A stretch of 64,000 nt of DNA. Source: an uncultured Pelagibacteraceae bacterium. GTDB taxonomy: Bacteria; Pseudomonadota; Alphaproteobacteria; Pelagibacterales; Pelagibacteraceae. The stretch is from NCBI GenBank assembly GCA_902612235.1, contig CACMCJ010000004.1:5314-69313 (forward strand). The letters run 5' to 3'. Of this stretch, positions 1-10,514 are shown piece by piece; within the stretch, counting starts at the first letter, position 1; each line of letters opens with the position of its first letter. Position numbers and translations under genes: made by a program. Under the pieces are notes generated by a model. That model was not told the DNA's origin. It was given only the letters and a program-made list of their open reading frames with translations, and searched no databases.

Positions 1-1754
1 TTTCCTCTTGTACCGCATGACTCTAACAGAGAGGAATGAAACCAGCCTCTGTGTTGATCAGATCCTTCCAAATACATATCGGCCGGCCATTTCAAGTCTT
101 TTCTTTTTTCTAAAACAAAGCTATGTGTTGATCCACTGTCAAACCATACTTCAACTATATCATTCAGTTTTTCATAATCTTTAGGGTCATAATCGTTACC
201 TAAAAAAACTTTTGAATCGTCTGTAAACCAACAATCGGACCCTTGTTTTTCGTAAATGGAGGCAATTCTATCGATTATTTTTTGATCTTTTAAAGGTTCG
301 TTTGTTTTTTTATTTATAAAAATTGGTAAGGGAACTCCCCAAACTCTTTGCCTAGATACACACCAGTCTGGCCTTCCTTCAATCATTGATAGAAGTCTTT
401 CTTTTCCTTTGTCAGGATAAAAAGAAGTTTCATTGATGGCTTTAATTGCCTTATCTCTCAAATTATTTTGCTTCATAGAGATAAACCATTGAGGCGTTGC
501 TCTATAAATTAAAGGAGCTTTAGATCTCCATGAATGTGGGTAGCTGTGATTTAATTTGTCATCTTTGAGTAATTTTTTTTCTTCTTTTAGTTTTTCAATT
601 ACTTGTGGATCGGCCTTAAAGATGTGAGTATTACTAAAGACGGGAATTTCATTTGTATATAATCCAGAATCATCAACTGTATAAAGCGATGGGATATTAT
701 TTTTTAAGCACAGATTGAAATCATCAGGTCCATGACTTGGGGCACAATGCACAATTCCAGTCCCTTGTTCAAGATTAACAAATTGAGCGTCTAACATAGG
801 GACGTCATAATCAAAGTGCATTTTAATAAAGGGATGGGTACAAATAGTGCCTTTAAATTCGTGACCTTTAAAAGTTTTTAATTCTTTATAATTTTTTATT
901 TCGCATTCCTTAGTAATCGTCTTAATCAAATTTTTTGCAACAACGATTTTCTTTTCTTTAAAATACTTAAGTTCATCTATTTCCAAAACTGAATATTCAA
1001 TATTACTATTAAACGCTAAAGCTTTGTTAGCTGGTATAGTCCATGGGGTTGTAGTCCAAATAACAATATTTGTATCTTTTAAAAATTCTTTATTTGTAGT
1101 TTTCACCTTGAAGGAAACATAAATTGTATTAGAAGTATGATCCCTATATTCGACCTCGGCGTCTGCTAATGCAGTTTTTTCAACTGTAGACCATAAAACT
1201 GGTTTAAAGCCCTGGTAAAGACTTCCGTCTAAAAGAAATTTTCCTAATTCTCTTACTATTTGAGCTTCTGCCTCATTGCTCATGGTAGAATAATAATTTT
1301 CAAAATCCCCCACTACACCTAATCGTTTAAACTCTTTAATATGTACATCTATCCAGCTTTTCGCAAATTCTCTACACTCTTGCCTAAAGTCTTTTACAGG
1401 TATTTCATCTTTGTTTTTTTTCTTTTTTTTATATTGCTCCTCAATTTTCCATTCGATTGGTAGTCCATGACAGTCCCAACCAGGGACATAAATTGAATCT
1501 TTGCCATTCATTTGATGGAAACGAGTAATTATATCTTTCAAAATTTTATTTAGAGCAGTTCCCATATGTATATGCCCGTTTGCATATGGTGGACCATCAT
1601 GAAGCACAAATTTCTCTTTCCCTTTTGAACCTTTTCTAAGTTTTTCAAAAATTTTATTTTTTTCCCATTTTTTTAAAATTTCAGGTTCTTTTGTAGGTAA
1701 GCTTGCTTTCATTGAGAAGGCAGTTTTGGGAAGTTGTAAAGTATCTTTTGACAT
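1..1754 (-). CDS. ileS: Isoleucine--tRNA ligase, N-terminal part (runs off left edge)
   Basis: Manual minus-strand translation from ATG at 1754 gives MSKDTLQLPKTAFSMKA...LHDGPPYANGHIHMGTA (HIGH-type)...GWDCHGLPIE...DWCVSRQRVWG...EGSDQHRGWF; TAATG overlap with the ribF stop. Confidence 0.97.
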   Translation of the reverse strand, partial: MSKDTLQLPKTAFSMKASLPTKEPEILKKWEKNKIFEKLRKGSKGKEKFVLHDGPPYANGHIHMGTALNKILKDIITRFHQMNGKDSIYVPGWDCHGLPIEWKIEEQYKKKKKNKDEIPVKDFRQECREFAKSWIDVHIKEFKRLGVVGDFENYYSTMSNEAEAQIVRELGKFLLDGSLYQGFKPVLWSTVEKTALADAEVEYRDHTSNTIYVSFKVKTTNKEFLKDTNIVIWTTTPWTIPANKALAFNSNIEYSVLEIDELKYFKEKKIVVAKNLIKTITKECEIKNYKELKTFKGHEFKGTICTHPFIKMHFDYDVPMLDAQFVNLEQGTGIVHCAPSHGPDDFNLCLKNNIPSLYTVDDSGLYTNEIPVFSNTHIFKADPQVIEKLKEEKKLLKDDKLNHSYPHSWRSKAPLIYRATPQWFISMKQNNLRDKAIKAINETSFYPDKGKERLLSMIEGRPDWCVSRQRVWGVPLPIFINKKTNEPLKDQKIIDRIASIYEKQGSDCWFTDDSKVFLGNDYDPKDYEKLNDIVEVWFDSGSTHSFVLEKRKDLKWPADMYLEGSDQHRGWFHSSLLESCGTRG

Positions 1755-2662
1755 TATTTTTTCGCTCTTTTTATATCTAGCTTAATCTGTTTCTTTAAAT
1801 GCTCAAAGTTTCTAAACTTTTTTTCTGGTCTCAAAAACTTTTTAAAACTTACATTAATAACTTTATTATATAAATTTTTATTTATTCCAAAGATATTTGT
1901 TTCTAATAATAAATTTTGACCATTAAATGTCGGCCTATACCCCACATTTGCAATACCATTTTTATTAAAATTAGTAGATTTAACTTTAACAGCATAAACG
2001 CCTAGACGAGGTACTATATAATCTTTGAGATTAATATTGCATGTTGGAAAACCAATTTTTCTCCCTCTTTTTTTTCCCTCAATTACTTTTCCCTCTATAC
2101 TCCAACTTCGATTTAATAATTTATTAACTTCAATAATATCACCTAAGTTTATTTTTTTTCTTATGTAAGTAGATGAAATCATTTTTTTTTTCTTTTTAAA
2201 AGGTTTAGTAATTATATTTTTGTAATTATAAATTTTCTCAAATTTTCTTAAAGTTTTAATATTCCCTTTTCTTTTGTAACCAAATTTAAAGTTTTTACTA
2301 ACAAATAGATATTTACATTTTGTTTTTTGATATATAATCTTTTTAATAAATTGTTCAGCAGAAAGAGTTGAAAATTTTTGGTTAAATCTTATTATTATTA
2401 AAAAGTCGAGATTTAAATTTTTAAATTGAATTTTTTTTTGGTTTAATGAATTTATTCTATGATTTTTTATTTTTTTATTAAAAAACATCATAGGAACTGG
2501 TTCAAAAGTAATAACTCCCATAGGTAGTTTATTTTTTTTTGCTCTTTTTTTTGCTTCATTAATAACTTTTTGATGGCCTAAGTGTACACCATCAAAATTT
2601 CCAATTGCTACGACACCTTCTTGATGCTTTTTTTTTAAATTAGCATTATTATAAATTTTCAT
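1754..2662 (-). CDS. ribF: Bifunctional riboflavin kinase/FAD synthetase
   Basis: IGNFDGVHLGH, ISSTYIR, GRKIGFPTCN, GYRPTF motifs; upstream of ileS. Confidence 0.96.
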   Translation of the reverse strand: MKIYNNANLKKKHQEGVVAIGNFDGVHLGHQKVINEAKKRAKKNKLPMGVITFEPVPMMFFNKKIKNHRINSLNQKKIQFKNLNLDFLIIIRFNQKFSTLSAEQFIKKIIYQKTKCKYLFVSKNFKFGYKRKGNIKTLRKFEKIYNYKNIITKPFKKKKKMISSTYIRKKINLGDIIEVNKLLNRSWSIEGKVIEGKKRGRKIGFPTCNINLKDYIVPRLGVYAVKVKSTNFNKNGIANVGYRPTFNGQNLLLETNIFGINKNLYNKVINVSFKKFLRPEKKFRNFEHLKKQIKLDIKRAKK

Positions 2663-2663
2663 T

Positions 2664-3470
2664 TTACCACTCTAATTTTTTCTGAAAAAAATCTGCTTTC
2701 ACTTTATATTTTTTTAAAAGCGCATCAAGCTCTGAAGTCTTTTTATATTCTTCGCGATGAACTCCTTCAGAAATAAATAAACAATCTATGCTTAAATTAT
2801 TAGCTCCTTTAATATCCGTTCTTAAATTATCTCCAATCGCTAAAACTTTTTCATTTTTACTTATACACATTTCATAAACTTCTTTATAGGGTTTACCGAA
2901 GTAGATTACTTCTCCTCCAAGCCTTTCAAAAATTTTTGCAATTGTTCCCGCACATAGCTCCTCGATATTCCCTCTATGAACTGTTAAGTCAGGATTAGTG
3001 CAAATTAATTTTTTATTTATGTGATTTTTTAAAAGTGTCTCATAGTAATTTAAGTCATTTTCATATTCATCAAATAAACCTGTGCATAAAATAAAATCAC
3101 AATTTTCAATCTCAGTTTTATCTCCCTTTACTTTTTCAAATACAGAGATATCCCGTGGTGGCCCTAAATGAAAAAAAGATTTTCCATACTTATTTTGATT
3201 GATAGCATGCATAGCAGCTTCGCCTGATGTCATTACGTTTTTAAGAAATTTTTTGTCCATGTTCATTTTTATCAAGAAACTTATTACTTTTGAACTAGGC
3301 CTTGGGGCGTTAGACAAAAATACAATTTTTTTTGAATTTTTTTCTAAATGGTCTATGACCTCTACAGCTTTAGAATTTAACTTTATACCATTATGCATTA
3401 CACCCCATAAATCTATTACAAAGGTGTCGTAGTTGATAAATATTTCTGACAGATGATTAAGCTCTTTCAA
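2664..3470 (-). CDS. HAD-superfamily hydrolase, subfamily IIA
   Basis: DLWGVMH motif I, SNAPR, CTNPD, GKP, IGDNLRTDI; usual alphaproteobacterial position upstream of ribF. Confidence 0.85.
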   Translation of the reverse strand: MKELNHLSEIFINYDTFVIDLWGVMHNGIKLNSKAVEVIDHLEKNSKKIVFLSNAPRPSSKVISFLIKMNMDKKFLKNVMTSGEAAMHAINQNKYGKSFFHLGPPRDISVFEKVKGDKTEIENCDFILCTGLFDEYENDLNYYETLLKNHINKKLICTNPDLTVHRGNIEELCAGTIAKIFERLGGEVIYFGKPYKEVYEMCISKNEKVLAIGDNLRTDIKGANNLSIDCLFISEGVHREEYKKTSELDALLKKYKVKADFFQKKLEW

Positions 3471-3534
3471 TTGTTTGCTCTCTTTTTTGTTCCTTTAAAA
3501 TCAAGTATTTATTGATCTTTTTAATGATTTTTGC

Positions 3535-3565
3535 CCCTTGAAATCTAGTTAAAACTCACCATATC
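3535..3565 (+). promoter_or_regulatory. RpoH (sigma32)-type heat-shock promoter of groESL
   Basis: CCCTTGAA-N16-CCATAT upstream of groES; no CIRCE seen. Confidence 0.7.
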
Positions 3566-3599
3566 AGCCCTACATCAAAATTTATAGGAGAAAATATAT

Positions 3600-3896
3600 A
3601 TGAAATTTAGACCTTTACACGATCGTGTTTTAATTAAAGTATTAGATAGTGAAGAAAAAACTGCTGGCGGGATTATAATCCCAGATACGGCTAAAGAAAA
3701 ACCTCAAGAAGGTGAAGTTGTAGCAGTAGGGCCTGGAGCTAAAAATGAGGATGGTAAACTTACTCCGATGGATGTGAAAGTGGGAGATATAGTTCTTTTT
3801 GGAAAATGGTCAGGAACTGAAGTAAAAATTGACGGCAAAGAATACAGCATTATGAAAGAGGCTGACATAATGGGAATTACTAAAAATAAAAAATAA
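3600..3896 (+). CDS. groES: Co-chaperonin GroES
   Basis: [10 protein letters not shown]...[16 protein letters not shown]; RBS GGAG. Confidence 0.99.
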   Translation: MKFRPLHDRVLIKVLDSEEKTAGGIIIPDTAKEKPQEGEVVAVGPGAKNEDGKLTPMDVKVGDIVLFGKWSGTEVKIDGKEYSIMKEADIMGITKNKK

Positions 3897-3903
3897 CTTT
3901 TAA

Positions 3904-5574
<1,671 letters not shown>

Positions 5575-5580
5575 TTTCAT

Positions 5581-6258
5581 TTAACCTAAAGAATTTAAAA
5601 AAGGCTGCAACTTCGCAGCCTTTTTTTTTGCATAAAATAAACAGGCTGTTGAATTTAAAATTATTCCGTCTTTAAGTACTCTCAAATTGTTATCAGATAA
5701 AGTTTTACCAGTGGAAGAAATATCAGTAATTATTTCGGAGGAACCTATAAAAGGATATGTTTCAGTTGCTCCTAAACTTGGTATAATCTTATATTGAGTA
5801 ACTCCTTTAGAAATCAAAAAATCATTAGTCAGGTTTGGATATTTAGTTGCAACTCTTAACCTGCTATTTCTTTTAGATCTTAAATCAAAAGATACTTCCT
5901 CAAGATCAGCTATTGTCTGAACATCTATCCAATCATCAGGGACCGCAACAATTAAATTAGCGTTTCCAAAGTTAAGCTTACGTTTAATAATAATCTTGTC
6001 ACGCAAGTTTTTATCAGACTCATTTAGAAGGTCTAAACCTGATATACCTAAATCTAATGTACCGTCTCCCAATCGTTGAATGATTTCTTTGGCATGCAGA
6101 AAAATAATCTTTATATTAGACTTATTTTCAACAGTCCCAAAATAATTTCTCTCCTTCTTATTATGTACAATCTTTAAACCCTTGTTATCAAAAAAAGATA
6201 TTGCTTTATCTTTCAATCTACCTTTACTTGGTAACCCTATCGTAATTAAATCTTTCAT
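5581..6258 (-). CDS. hisG: ATP phosphoribosyltransferase, short form
   Basis: LPSKGRL, DLGISGLD, RVATKYP, DISSTGKTL; 225 aa, next to hisZ. Confidence 0.95.
   Translation of the reverse strand: MKDLITIGLPSKGRLKDKAISFFDNKGLKIVHNKKERNYFGTVENKSNIKIIFLHAKEIIQRLGDGTLDLGISGLDLLNESDKNLRDKIIIKRKLNFGNANLIVAVPDDWIDVQTIADLEEVSFDLRSKRNSRLRVATKYPNLTNDFLISKGVTQYKIIPSLGATETYPFIGSSEIITDISSTGKTLSDNNLRVLKDGIILNSTACLFYAKKKAAKLQPFLNSLG
5597..5629. terminator. Bidirectional intrinsic terminator (groEL), lying inside the hisG 3' end
   Basis: AAAAAA-GGCTGC-AACTTC-GCAGCC-TTTTTTTTT. Confidence 0.8.
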
Positions 6259-7292
6259 AAATTTTGCAAATTAATTGCTGCTCCTACCGCAGGAATATTT
6301 TTTTTAGCCCCTAAACTTTTTAGTAAGTCATCGTAACGTCCGCCTCTTGCTATTTCTTTTTTTCCTGAAAAAACTTCAAACACAATTCCAGTATAATATT
6401 CAACATCTCTTCCAAAATTAGTAATAAAGTTTACATCTTGTTTGAGTTTTTTTAAATTTTTAATTGACTTAAAGTTATTAAAGATTTTTTTTTTAAGATT
6501 ATTTTTTTTTGCAAAATGTAAAAGCTCGTCATCAAGTTTTGAAAGTTTGCAATTAATTTTTAAAAAGGACTTAATAATTTTCACAATTCTTTTACCATCA
6601 GTAAAAGATCTTGGATCTTTTATCTTTTTGTCAAATCTTTTTAAAATTTCTGATATTGATCTTCCTGCAACTATTTTTTCCTGATTTATTTTTTGCATTT
6701 CATAAAACCTTTTCTTATCAGTATCAAAAGTGATTGAATCAATATCTGTATTTTTCTCAAGTCTTTTTAAAAGTTCTTCAAAATAACTTGGCCTCCAAAA
6801 ATGTCTTATTAATCTCAACCTCCATCTTTCAGGCATATCCAGTGCATTAATTAAGCTTTTAAATAAGCTGATATCTCCAACTTTGACTTGTATTTTTTTA
6901 CTTTTAATTTTTTTAGCAGAACTTAAGATCGTACTAATAACTTTATAGTCATCTTGAATTTGATTTTTTGAGCCTAAAATTTCAATTCCTAATTGATTGT
7001 TAATAAAGTTGGCGCCTTTATTGTTAGATCTTCTGTAAGCTTGTCCCGAATAATAGATCTTTGAAGAAGTTTTTTTTTGCAAAAAATTTATGCAAGATGC
7101 TACCGTTAAGTCTGGTCTTAAACACATTGTTTTTCCATCTTCATTCTCAAAAGTAAGCATAGCACTTCTAAACTTTTCTCCTGATCTTTCTATAATATAT
7201 TCAGAGTCTAAAAGCACGTCAGGTTCCGATAAAACAAACCCATTGTTTTCAAAAGTTTTAATTATGTCTTCAAATAATTTTTTTGATTTCAT
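6255..7292 (-). CDS. hisZ: ATP phosphoribosyltransferase regulatory subunit
   Basis: LRPDLT, YYTGIVF, GGRYDDL (HisRS paralogue); between hisS and hisG. Confidence 0.92.
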   Translation of the reverse strand: MKSKKLFEDIIKTFENNGFVLSEPDVLLDSEYIIERSGEKFRSAMLTFENEDGKTMCLRPDLTVASCINFLQKKTSSKIYYSGQAYRRSNNKGANFINNQLGIEILGSKNQIQDDYKVISTILSSAKKIKSKKIQVKVGDISLFKSLINALDMPERWRLRLIRHFWRPSYFEELLKRLEKNTDIDSITFDTDKKRFYEMQKINQEKIVAGRSISEILKRFDKKIKDPRSFTDGKRIVKIIKSFLKINCKLSKLDDELLHFAKKNNLKKKIFNNFKSIKNLKKLKQDVNFITNFGRDVEYYTGIVFEVFSGKKEIARGGRYDDLLKSLGAKKNIPAVGAAINLQNL

Positions 7293-8604
7293 TTACTAAC
7301 TCTTTAATTTGAATTGATTTTTCTTTTCCTGTGCTTAAATTTCTTAAAGTAGGTTTGTCTAATTTAATTTCATCCTCACCATACAAAATAACAGCTGGAG
7401 ACTTAATTTTATTAGCATACTCCATCTGTTTTTTTAATTTACTTTCTGCAGGATAAATTTCTACGCTAATACCAGCTTCTCTTAATAACTTTTGTAAATT
7501 AATGTATTCTTTCATGAAATTTTTATCCAAAATACAAATCACGATAGGTTTTGATTGTTTTATTTTAAAGTCCTTTTTTTGTATCAATGCATAAACTAAT
7601 CGGTCCAAACCAATTGATATGCCCGTAGCAGGAGCATCGTAATTGCCAAAATTATTTACTAAATTATCGTATCTCCCACCCCCTCCGATAGATCCAAATT
7701 GAATTACTTGCCCTTTATTATTTTTTACTTCAAATTTTAAATTTACCTCAAAAATTATTCCAGTATAATATTCTAATCCTCTGATTATTGATGGATCGAA
7801 TTCAAAATTACTAAAATTATAGTCTTTAAAAATTTTTAATATCCCAATTAAATCATCTGACTCTGGTGACTTTTTTTTTAATTCTTTTTCTATAAACTCT
7901 ACATTCTCTGGAGTTAGATTTGCTCCTTTTGTAAAATCTCCAGATTTATCTTTTCTGCCTTCACCAAGTAACTGTTTTACACCTTCCCATCCAAGTCTAT
8001 CAATTTTATCTAAAGCCCTTAAGGTGGTGAGTTTTTGTTGACTATTACTTACATTTAATCTTTTAAATAATTCCTCCGTTATTTTTCTAGATGAAATTTT
8101 TATTACAAAATCAGACTTACTAAGCCCACATTTTTCAAGAATTTCAGAGATCATTACACATAATTCAGCATCTGCTTGTAAACTTTTCGTTCCTACAAAA
8201 TCAGCATCAAATTGTAAAAATTCTCTAAACCTTCCAGGTCCTGGTTTTTCATTTCTCCAGACAGTGCCTAGCTGATACCTTTTAAATGGTTTTGGAATTT
8301 CTAAATAATTTTTTGCAACGTATCTAGCAAGTGGGGCTGTAAGGTCATATCTCAAAGACAACCATTTATTTTCATCCTTAAAAGAAAAAACTCCTGCATC
8401 TGGTCTATCTTTATCAGGTAAAAATTTACCAATACTATCCGAATACTCGAAACTTGGTGTTTCAAGATACTGGAATCCGTACTTGATCATAACTTCTTTA
8501 ATATTAGAAATTATAAAATCACGTATTAATAATTCTTTTTCTTTCCTGTCTACAAACCCTAATGGAAGTTCTTTAGAAGGTTTGCTCTTTTTTTCTATCG
8601 TCAT
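7270..8604 (-). CDS. hisS: Histidine--tRNA ligase (start corrected to ATG 8604)
   Basis: LRYDLT, WRNEKPGPGRFREF, RGLEYYTG, GGGRYD; the longer ORF-track start runs through the tRNA gene. Confidence 0.96.
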   Translation of the reverse strand: MTIEKKSKPSKELPLGFVDRKEKELLIRDFIISNIKEVMIKYGFQYLETPSFEYSDSIGKFLPDKDRPDAGVFSFKDENKWLSLRYDLTAPLARYVAKNYLEIPKPFKRYQLGTVWRNEKPGPGRFREFLQFDADFVGTKSLQADAELCVMISEILEKCGLSKSDFVIKISSRKITEELFKRLNVSNSQQKLTTLRALDKIDRLGWEGVKQLLGEGRKDKSGDFTKGANLTPENVEFIEKELKKKSPESDDLIGILKIFKDYNFSNFEFDPSIIRGLEYYTGIIFEVNLKFEVKNNKGQVIQFGSIGGGGRYDNLVNNFGNYDAPATGISIGLDRLVYALIQKKDFKIKQSKPIVICILDKNFMKEYINLQKLLREAGISVEIYPAESKLKKQMEYANKIKSPAVILYGEDEIKLDKPTLRNLSTGKEKSIQIKELVNEIKKII

Positions 8605-8608
8605 TTTT

Positions 8609-8685
8609 TGGTACAGCAGGGTGGATTCGAACCACCGACCCCTAGTTCCACAAACTAGTGCTCTAACCAACTGAGCTACTGCTGC
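8609..8685 (-). tRNA. tRNA-His(GUG)
   Basis: GCAGCAG-TA-GCTCAGTTGGTTAGAGC-A-CTAGT-TTGTGGA-ACTAG-GGGTC-GGTGG-TTCGAAT-CCACC-CTGCTGT-A-CCA; full cloverleaf with encoded CCA. Confidence 0.97.
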
Positions 8686-8853
8686 ATCTCTGTTATTTTT
8701 ATCTTAATTTTAATTAAATTTATATATTTTTTGATTATTAGCTAAGCAATAGCCTAGCGTGCATTCTGTGAGAATGAGATTTTAATATGGAATATGTGTC
8801 TTTTATAATCATTGGAAGTTATTTAATGAATAATTGTGTCTTTTTCAAGATAG

Positions 8854-8898
8854 AATTAACGGAACAAAAAACTTTCTAAGCTTAATGTCCCGTTAATT
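8854..8898 (-). terminator. 3' stem-loop/terminator of the cold-shock gene
   Basis: AATTAACGGGACA...TGTTCCGTTAATT, 13-bp stem; its G-U pair favours the minus strand. Confidence 0.55.
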
Positions 8899-8918
8899 TG
8901 TGATTTTGGAAATAAGAT

Positions 8919-9131
8919 TTAGGATGTTTTCTGCAATTTTACTGCGGAAGGACCTTTTTCTCCATTCTCCACTTCAAACGTTAACTCATCACCTTCGTTT
9001 AAATATTTTAAACCAGCTTCTCTAACTGCTGAAGAATGAACGAACACGTCTTTTTCTTTGTCTTCTCTTTCAATGAAACCATATCCTTTAGTGCCATTGA
9101 ACCACTTTACTTTACCTTTTAGTGTACTCAT
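8919..9131 (-). CDS. Cold-shock protein (CspA family)
   Basis: GKVKWFN, KGYGFI (RNP1), VFVH (RNP2); RBS AAGGA. Confidence 0.97.
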   Translation of the reverse strand: MSTLKGKVKWFNGTKGYGFIEREDKEKDVFVHSSAVREAGLKYLNEGDELTFEVENGEKGPSAVKLQKTS

Positions 9132-9184
9132 ATTGTTTTCTTATCCTTATTAGTTATTAACTTTAGTTAGTAATTTACTAACTG

Positions 9185-9222
9185 TTGAACCTTTAATAGA
9201 TTTGTTAACTTAATGTCAATAG
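9185..9222 (-). promoter_or_regulatory. Sigma70-like promoter of the csp gene
   Basis: CTATTGACA-N15-TATTAAAGGTTCAA; followed by a 9-bp inverted repeat at 9165-9183 in the 5' UTR. Confidence 0.6.
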
Positions 9223-9266
9223 AAGATTTTGTTTTTTTGAGTAAAATTGTTTATTTGCAACAGATT

Positions 9267-10373
9267 TCAATACAATATTGTAATTAAACTTGCGAATAAA
9301 ACTAAGCTAATTCCTATATAAATTAGTTTATTTTGATTAAAATGAAATTTAAATTGTTGAAAGGCAGTTTCCTTATAACTTAAACCAGTTGTATCAGAGG
9401 AAGATGATTTGCTAAAACCTCTGTCTCTACCAATTTTAAGAAATCTTGATTTTCTATGGTCATAAATTTCCTCTTTAGAAAGATTTTCAAAAGTTTTTAA
9501 ATTTTTAATTATTGCATTCTTTATTTCCTCTGCAATTAAATCCGGGTTTCTGTGGGCTCCACCCACAGGTTCTGGAATGATTTCATCTATAACACCTAAA
9601 CTTAATAAATCTTTTGCGGTCATTTTCATTGCTTCAGCTGCTTGTAAAGACTTGCTTGGATCTCTCCAAAGTATTGACGCGCATCCCTCTGGTGATATTA
9701 CTGAATAAATAGAATTTTCTAACATAATGACTTTATTGGATGATGCCAGAGCTATAGCTCCACCCGATCCACCTTCTCCTATTATCACTGAAATATTTGG
9801 AACCGTTAAAGACATTGAACTCTCTATAGAGTTAGCAATTGCTGAAGCTTGCCCTCTTTGTTCTGCTCCAATTCCTGGATAAGCTCCAGGCGTATCCACA
9901 AAACAAATTACGGGAATTTGAAAACGGTCAGCTAACTTCATCAAACGTATACATTTTCTATACCCCTCCGGACGCATCATTCCAAAGTTTCTTTCAATTC
10001 TGCTATTTAAATCATCTCCCTTTTCCTGCCCAATAACTAAAACAGACTTATTATTTAATAAACCAAATCCAGCAATTACAGATTTATCATCTCCAAAATA
10101 TCTATCTCCAGAAAGTAAAGTAAATTGATTAAATATTTTTTTTATATAAAAGTTCGCCCTTGGTCTATCTTCATGACGAGCAACTAAAGTTTTTTGCCAA
10201 CTATTTAAATTTGAATAAGTTTGTTTCAATTTTTCGTTTATCTCTTCTTGGGTGACCTTAATTTTATTTGTATCTACTTCTGCTATGCCTTCAGAACCAA
10301 ATGGACTTTTTAGACTCTCCATTTCTTCCTCTAGAGCTTTAATCTCTTTTTCAAATTCTAAATAATTTTTCAT
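9267..10373 (-). CDS. accA: Acetyl-CoA carboxylase carboxyltransferase alpha subunit, with hydrophobic C-terminal tail
   Basis: RNFGM, VDTPGAYPG, GEGGSGGA, YSVISPEGCASILW. Confidence 0.96.
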   Translation of the reverse strand: MKNYLEFEKEIKALEEEMESLKSPFGSEGIAEVDTNKIKVTQEEINEKLKQTYSNLNSWQKTLVARHEDRPRANFYIKKIFNQFTLLSGDRYFGDDKSVIAGFGLLNNKSVLVIGQEKGDDLNSRIERNFGMMRPEGYRKCIRLMKLADRFQIPVICFVDTPGAYPGIGAEQRGQASAIANSIESSMSLTVPNISVIIGEGGSGGAIALASSNKVIMLENSIYSVISPEGCASILWRDPSKSLQAAEAMKMTAKDLLSLGVIDEIIPEPVGGAHRNPDLIAEEIKNAIIKNLKTFENLSKEEIYDHRKSRFLKIGRDRGFSKSSSSDTTGLSYKETAFQQFKFHFNQNKLIYIGISLVLFASLITILY

Positions 10374-10514
10374 ATTACTAGATAATTCTAGTACTATTAG
10401 AATTCAATTGCGTCAATAAGTTGTTGAAAAAAAATTGGAATTAATCCTTTTTTCACTTTAAATTAACAGTATTTTTTAGAATTTATATAAACATAATACT
10501 GCTATAAAAAAACT

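Noticed and set aside
3471-3599. CIRCE operator before groES
   Set aside because: No TTAGCACTC-N9-GAGTGCTAA; only an RpoH-type promoter
8605-8674. N-terminal extension of hisS and the 63-aa plus-strand ORF 8483-8674
   Set aside because: Both are read-throughs of the tRNA-His gene; the HisRS-like sequence starts at ATG 8604
8609-8918. tRNA-His as an integration site for a mobile element
   Set aside because: The tRNA 3' end abuts hisS; no duplicated 3' fragment or integrase is seen in the window
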